Of a stretch of DNA of 64,000 bases, positions 59,918 to 64,000 are shown in pieces. A program made the position numbers and the translations under genes. Below the pieces are notes generated by a model. It worked only from the letters and a program-made list of their open reading frames with translations. It was not told the DNA's origin and ran no database searches. Each line of letters opens with the position of its first letter. Within the stretch, counting starts at the first letter, position 1. The DNA is from a virus (lineage: Duplodnaviria; Caudoviricetes): IMG/VR virus record IMGVR_UViG_3300002835_000001, positions 160,001-224,000 of that record, one strand, 5' to 3'.

Positions 59918-60615
59918 TGCCAAGACCAAGAACCCAAAAAATTTATTTTGGGGAGGATCAAGAGAAGGCGGTAGTTAGTTACTTAGAAAGCACTGACGAA
60001 GCAGAAAGAAATAAGATATTCAACGAATATTTACGTGAACCCCTAATTATAATGGTCGAATCAATTATTCGACGTTATAAACTTTACAGAAAAGATATGG
60101 AATTTGAAGAAATTCATACAGACACAATGTCCTTTCTTATTACCAAGATTAATAAATTTGACCACACAAAAAATACCAAAGCGTATTCTTACTTTGGTAC
60201 AATCTGTAAAAACTACCTTATGGGAGCAATACAGAAGGATACAAAGGAACAAAATAGACAAGTATCATATGACGACATATCATCAGATATTGAGGGTAGA
60301 TCTGACCTATCATATGTGATAGATGAACATATTATAGACTATAGAGATATCATTATAAAAATGAGTATAGACTTAGAACTTTTTGTTGAAAATGAAGATT
60401 TAACCGAAAATGAACAAAAATTAGGGTATGCGTTACTAGAGATTTTTAACAATTTTGATATGATATTTCAAGTTGGAGATGGTAACAAATTCAATAAAAA
60501 CCTTATATTACTCTCTTTAAGAGAAATGACTTCATTGTCAACCAAAGAAATTAGAATATCCCTCAAAAGATTTAAAAAGTTGTATGATGGAATTTTAGGT
60601 GGATTTTTAGAATAA
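59917..60615 (+). CDS. Phage RNA polymerase sigma factor (T4 gp55-like late sigma)
   Basis: YFGEDQEKAV...RNKIF...MVESIIRRY...KFD....KAYSYFGTICKNY is a sigma70 region-2-like pattern. Confidence 0.75.
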   Translation: MPRPRTQKIYFGEDQEKAVVSYLESTDEAERNKIFNEYLREPLIIMVESIIRRYKLYRKDMEFEEIHTDTMSFLITKINKFDHTKNTKAYSYFGTICKNYLMGAIQKDTKEQNRQVSYDDISSDIEGRSDLSYVIDEHIIDYRDIIIKMSIDLELFVENEDLTENEQKLGYALLEIFNNFDMIFQVGDGNKFNKNLILLSLREMTSLSTKEIRISLKRFKKLYDGILGGFLE

Positions 60616-60629
60616 ACCTATTTATTGGT

Positions 60630-61010
60630 ATGAGAACACAAAGAAATTTAATCTCCTTAGAGGTTGATTCTGCATTAGCTTTAATGCAGGAAATCTACAA
60701 TGACATTGTGGAACAAAAGAATACAGCATCAATGATAACAAAGAAAATGTTAACATTTATGAAAGATGCTGAGGACATGAGTGTAATAGGTCCCGTCATC
60801 AAAGAACAACAAAAAATCCTAAACGATTGTACTGAGAAAAAAATCTCCTTAGTTAAACTACAAGGTGTTTTATTAAAACAAACACAATCTACAGGTAAGG
60901 CCGGTGGACCTATGGGTAAATTAACCTTATCTGATGAAGATAGAGAAATATTGGACAAATTAATGGAAACTGGTTCTGATAATAAAGGTAAGTCAAACTA
61001 CACACTATAA
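60630..61010 (+). CDS. Helical hypothetical late protein
   Basis: 126 aa; TATTTATT 3 nt upstream. Confidence 0.6.
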   Translation: MRTQRNLISLEVDSALALMQEIYNDIVEQKNTASMITKKMLTFMKDAEDMSVIGPVIKEQQKILNDCTEKKISLVKLQGVLLKQTQSTGKAGGPMGKLTLSDEDREILDKLMETGSDNKGKSNYTL

Positions 61011-62923
61011 TGTCCAACAAAATAAAAGAAACAAGAAAAAAGATTAGGCAAAAAATTGATGCCATTAAAAGGGCAAAAGATAATGCTAAGGATAAGGCTA
61101 ACAAATTTGTTGATGGTTATGAAAACAAAGCATTAAAAGGTGCCGATGACCTATCAAAAACTCTATCAGATTTTTCCGCAAAAAAACTAAAAAAGTTAGA
61201 GGGTGGGATAAATCGAGCTAGTGACGTATTCTCTGATTTATTAGAAACGGTAGAAAAATTTGTAAGTGCGAAAAATATAAAAGTTGAATCTTCGGATAAG
61301 TTATTCTCAAAACAAAGGTTAAGACAACTTACAAACGAATCGGCTATCGAAACTTTAAAATCGTCACAACAAATTATTTTAGAAGCGGTACAAAAAATAT
61401 TATTTGCAGGAGACGGTATATGTGGTTCCAACAAAACATTTGGTTCAACTGACACTGTAACATTAAAACCACAAGAATTTGATTTTATGAACGTATTAAC
61501 CGTTGACCCAACATCAAACGTTGGTCAAATTGTTTATGAAAAAGAATCTCCAGATTTAGGTAAACGTAAAATGAATAGAAATTTATATAATGCTTTTAAT
61601 AGTCCATATACTTTTACATCTCTAAATGGTAATAATTTATTTTCATTATCGTGGGACACATCGAACCAAAGATATGATGTTGCAGGTTTACAAGGTAAAA
61701 ATATAAAAACATTTTTTACTGATTATTATTCAAGTATTGAACCCGTAGATTTTAGTGGAGTTACTAAAACCGCAATATACATGACATTACATGGTGATGG
61801 TAGTGAACCTCCTTTATTTGATAAGGGGTTTAATGATTTAAATAGATTATTGGCGAAACTATGTGCAATGTGTGGAAACCCCAAAAATGGTAAAATTCCT
61901 AACGCAACCACAGAATTTAACGAAAATGACGAAGACATCCAATCTTATTTTGACTTTGATGATGTAGAGGGAGTTGACTTAGATGATGAAAAAGATAGGT
62001 TAGATAAAGTACTAAAGTTTAGAGATTGTAATAATTTTAAAATACCCATAAACCCAACACATTTCGAAGATTTTGTTTATGATGACGGTAATTTAAATGA
62101 TTCAGTAAATGATGCTTTATTTAATGCTGCGTCCGATGCTCATAATCAGTCTGAAGGTTCAATACCTCCAGATAATTTTCATTTGTCAATTTTAAATACT
62201 TTCATACTTAGTTTACCCAAGGCACTTATCGGTTCTTTATTAACCCCAAAATATTTTTTACCATTCATAATAGTTTATAAAGTTTTAGTTACAGGTGTTG
62301 GTGGGGTAATAAAAACCGCTAAACAAATGATGAAAATTTTATATAAATTATTTAATGAAATTATTACAAAATTATTATGGAAATTTATTAATGAATTTTG
62401 GAGAAGAGTTAAAAAAGATTTATTGGTATTTTTAGTTGACATTGCTGCAACAATATTAAAAAAGAAAGGTAAAAGATATCGATTAATTTTATTATCATTA
62501 ATTGCAATTTTAACAAAAATACTTGAAAGTGGTTTTGATACTTGTAAAGACTTATATGGTTTAATAAATAAAGCAATTGATTTAGCTTTATCAGGTTTTG
62601 GTGGTGGGTTCGCAACTGCCGGAATTAGTACCTTTTTATTACCATTTTTCTTACAAAAACCTGGATATAGTGAAGATGGTGCGGTGATTCGTGCAATTGA
62701 AAAATTGGAAGAATCTGGTGTTTCAACCTCACCCATATTTGGTGAGGATAATAAAATAATTGATTTAGTAAAATCAGTAATAAGTGGTCACGTGGAAGAA
62801 CAAGATACAAATGGATTCATAGCCGCAAGTAATACTTCGGTTATTATACCACACCCAAGTCCATTCGTTGGTGCGGTATTTATTCCACCGGGATTATTAA
62901 CAGTAGGAGGAGGTACATTTTAA
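61010..62923 (+). CDS. Hypothetical late (probably structural) protein
   Basis: 637 aa, coupled to the upstream gene, two genes before gp5. Confidence 0.6.
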   Translation: MSNKIKETRKKIRQKIDAIKRAKDNAKDKANKFVDGYENKALKGADDLSKTLSDFSAKKLKKLEGGINRASDVFSDLLETVEKFVSAKNIKVESSDKLFSKQRLRQLTNESAIETLKSSQQIILEAVQKILFAGDGICGSNKTFGSTDTVTLKPQEFDFMNVLTVDPTSNVGQIVYEKESPDLGKRKMNRNLYNAFNSPYTFTSLNGNNLFSLSWDTSNQRYDVAGLQGKNIKTFFTDYYSSIEPVDFSGVTKTAIYMTLHGDGSEPPLFDKGFNDLNRLLAKLCAMCGNPKNGKIPNATTEFNENDEDIQSYFDFDDVEGVDLDDEKDRLDKVLKFRDCNNFKIPINPTHFEDFVYDDGNLNDSVNDALFNAASDAHNQSEGSIPPDNFHLSILNTFILSLPKALIGSLLTPKYFLPFIIVYKVLVTGVGGVIKTAKQMMKILYKLFNEIITKLLWKFINEFWRRVKKDLLVFLVDIAATILKKKGKRYRLILLSLIAILTKILESGFDTCKDLYGLINKAIDLALSGFGGGFATAGISTFLLPFFLQKPGYSEDGAVIRAIEKLEESGVSTSPIFGEDNKIIDLVKSVISGHVEEQDTNGFIAASNTSVIIPHPSPFVGAVFIPPGLLTVGGGTF

Positions 62924-62924
62924 T

Positions 62925-63125
62925 ATGGATAAAGAAAAAATTATTGAAGTTATTAGCGATGTTAAAAATAAATCAAATAAAGATTTATTTCTTGCAATAA
63001 ATGAATTGAATGATGAATTTGAAAAAACAAAAACATTAATCATTGATTTAACAAGACATCTTGATAGTGTTGAAGAATTGTTCAATGAAATAAACGATGA
63101 AATAGAAAAAAGAATTAAGAAATGA
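62925..63125 (+). CDS. Small coiled-coil hypothetical protein
   Basis: 66 aa; ATGA overlap with the gp5-like gene. Confidence 0.6.
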   Translation: MDKEKIIEVISDVKNKSNKDLFLAINELNDEFEKTKTLIIDLTRHLDSVEELFNEINDEIEKRIKK

Positions 63126-64000
63126 GTGATGTGAGCACTAGAATTATTGAACTGGGTCTATGTTCAGATAATAGAGACCCGTTGGGGTTAGGTAGAATAC
63201 GTATCCAAACATTTGGTAACGGTTCTGGACCTTCTGCTGGTGCTTTAAAATATGAACCATGGGACGACAAAGACCCTTTTATTGCTATTCCATTTTTACC
63301 CGCTAATATAAACTATGTACCCTTAATCGGACAATCAATTAAAATCATCAATTATGACCCGATTAAAGACACAGTAAATAGAGAATATATTTCTGGACCA
63401 TTTACCACAACACATGATTTTAACACACAAGTATATGCGTCCCAAGTTAAAAACACAACATACGGAGGTGCCGATTCAGAATTACCCAAAATCGTTAATC
63501 AAAAAGATGGCCAAATTATTGATACCTTTGCAAAATCGTCAATTGCAAAATATGAAGATTATGCCGTATATGGTAAAAATGGTTCAGACGTTTTGTTTAC
63601 AGAAAACGGACTATCTTTAAGAGGAGGTAAGTTTGTACCAAAAACGATGGTTGCTCAAGAACCAAACATGTTTAATAAGCCATACATGTCAAATAAAATG
63701 GCAACACTTCACCTTAAAAAATATACTAATAAATTAGAATATTATGATGAGACCACAACTGAACTTATTACTGAGTCTAAAAATTTAAAATCTATAATAG
63801 AATATAGTATTGATAAATTTGATGGTAGTAACGCAATTATTAGTTTCTATGTATATCTAATTAAAGATTTTGATAATGCTAAACAGACAGTCTATGGTAA
63901 CATATATAACACAAATAATCCAAAATTAGAAAATTCACCAATTATTACGGGTAGTACTCAATTAATAACAACGGGAACAACAGAACCAACATTTACTGTA
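63122..64000 (+). CDS. Baseplate central spike (T4 gp5/VgrG-like), N-terminal OB-fold, partial; not in the ORF track
   Basis: Manual translation MSDVSTRIIELGLCSDNRDPLGLGRIRIQ...PWDDKDPFIAIPFLP...VPLIGQSIKII; runs off the right edge. Confidence 0.8.
   Translation, partial: MSDVSTRIIELGLCSDNRDPLGLGRIRIQTFGNGSGPSAGALKYEPWDDKDPFIAIPFLPANINYVPLIGQSIKIINYDPIKDTVNREYISGPFTTTHDFNTQVYASQVKNTTYGGADSELPKIVNQKDGQIIDTFAKSSIAKYEDYAVYGKNGSDVLFTENGLSLRGGKFVPKTMVAQEPNMFNKPYMSNKMATLHLKKYTNKLEYYDETTTELITESKNLKSIIEYSIDKFDGSNAIISFYVYLIKDFDNAKQTVYGNIYNTNNPKLENSPIITGSTQLITTGTTEPTFTV

Noticed and set aside
60630-61010. Possible small terminase subunit
   Set aside because: Only helical character and a late motif support it; there is no adjacent large terminase or recognisable motif in the window.
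3595-63620. Numerous 60-150 aa ORFs opposite or out of frame within long genes (e.g. 5261, 6152, 13851, 34113, 49200, 49310, 52687, 57811, 62275, 63414)
   Set aside because: They lie within or overlap well-supported genes, carry no recognisable motifs, and are expected by chance or as repeat shadows.
1-64000. Alternative genetic code (TAG/TGA recoding as in some large phages)
   Set aside because: Conserved genes are full length under the standard code, coding density is high, and TAG (dut) and TGA (62925..63125) serve as normal stops.
1-64000. tRNA, rRNA, DGR/retron or integrase
   Set aside because: No cloverleaf or T-loop consensus was seen in the short intergenic gaps, and there is no reverse transcriptase or recombinase motif. 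A tRNAscan/Infernal run would be needed to exclude RNA genes formally.

Overview
A 64-kb AT-rich segment of a large T4-like myophage (contractile tail) genome. It is read in the standard genetic code, with no sign of stop-codon recoding. It carries (i) baseplate, tail and neck genes: gp6-, gp25-, gp53- and gp27-like proteins, tube initiator, tape measure, tail chaperone, tube, sheath, gp15, gp14, gp13 and a partial gp5; (ii) a replication/nucleotide module: class Ia NrdA/NrdB, DnaB-like helicase, 5'-3' exonuclease, UvsX, SSB, SNF2 helicase, family B polymerase, dUTPase, PhoH and a HAD protein; (iii) three glycosyltransferases and a gp55-like sigma factor. Promoter-like motifs and the lack of Shine-Dalgarno sites suggest a Bacteroidota host (inference). 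I found no tRNA, rRNA, CRISPR array, intron, intein, integrase or reverse transcriptase. Four real genes are missing from the ORF track: a PT/Cys-repeat virion gene at <1..1883, the frameshift extension of the tail chaperone, a small RHH regulator, and the partial gp5. Best leads: a +1 (or -2) frameshift at UUU_UUU_CGC in the tail chaperone; a TATTTAT(A/T) late motif that is the reverse complement of the T4 late promoter and often sits 3-6 nt from the ATG; pervasive [S/T]GxT and (PT)n motifs in virion proteins alongside three glycosyltransferases (possible virion glycosylation); a structured non-coding element between sheath and tube; and a WYL protein with a possible head-packaging tag. All protein assignments come from motif recognition by eye, not database searches.
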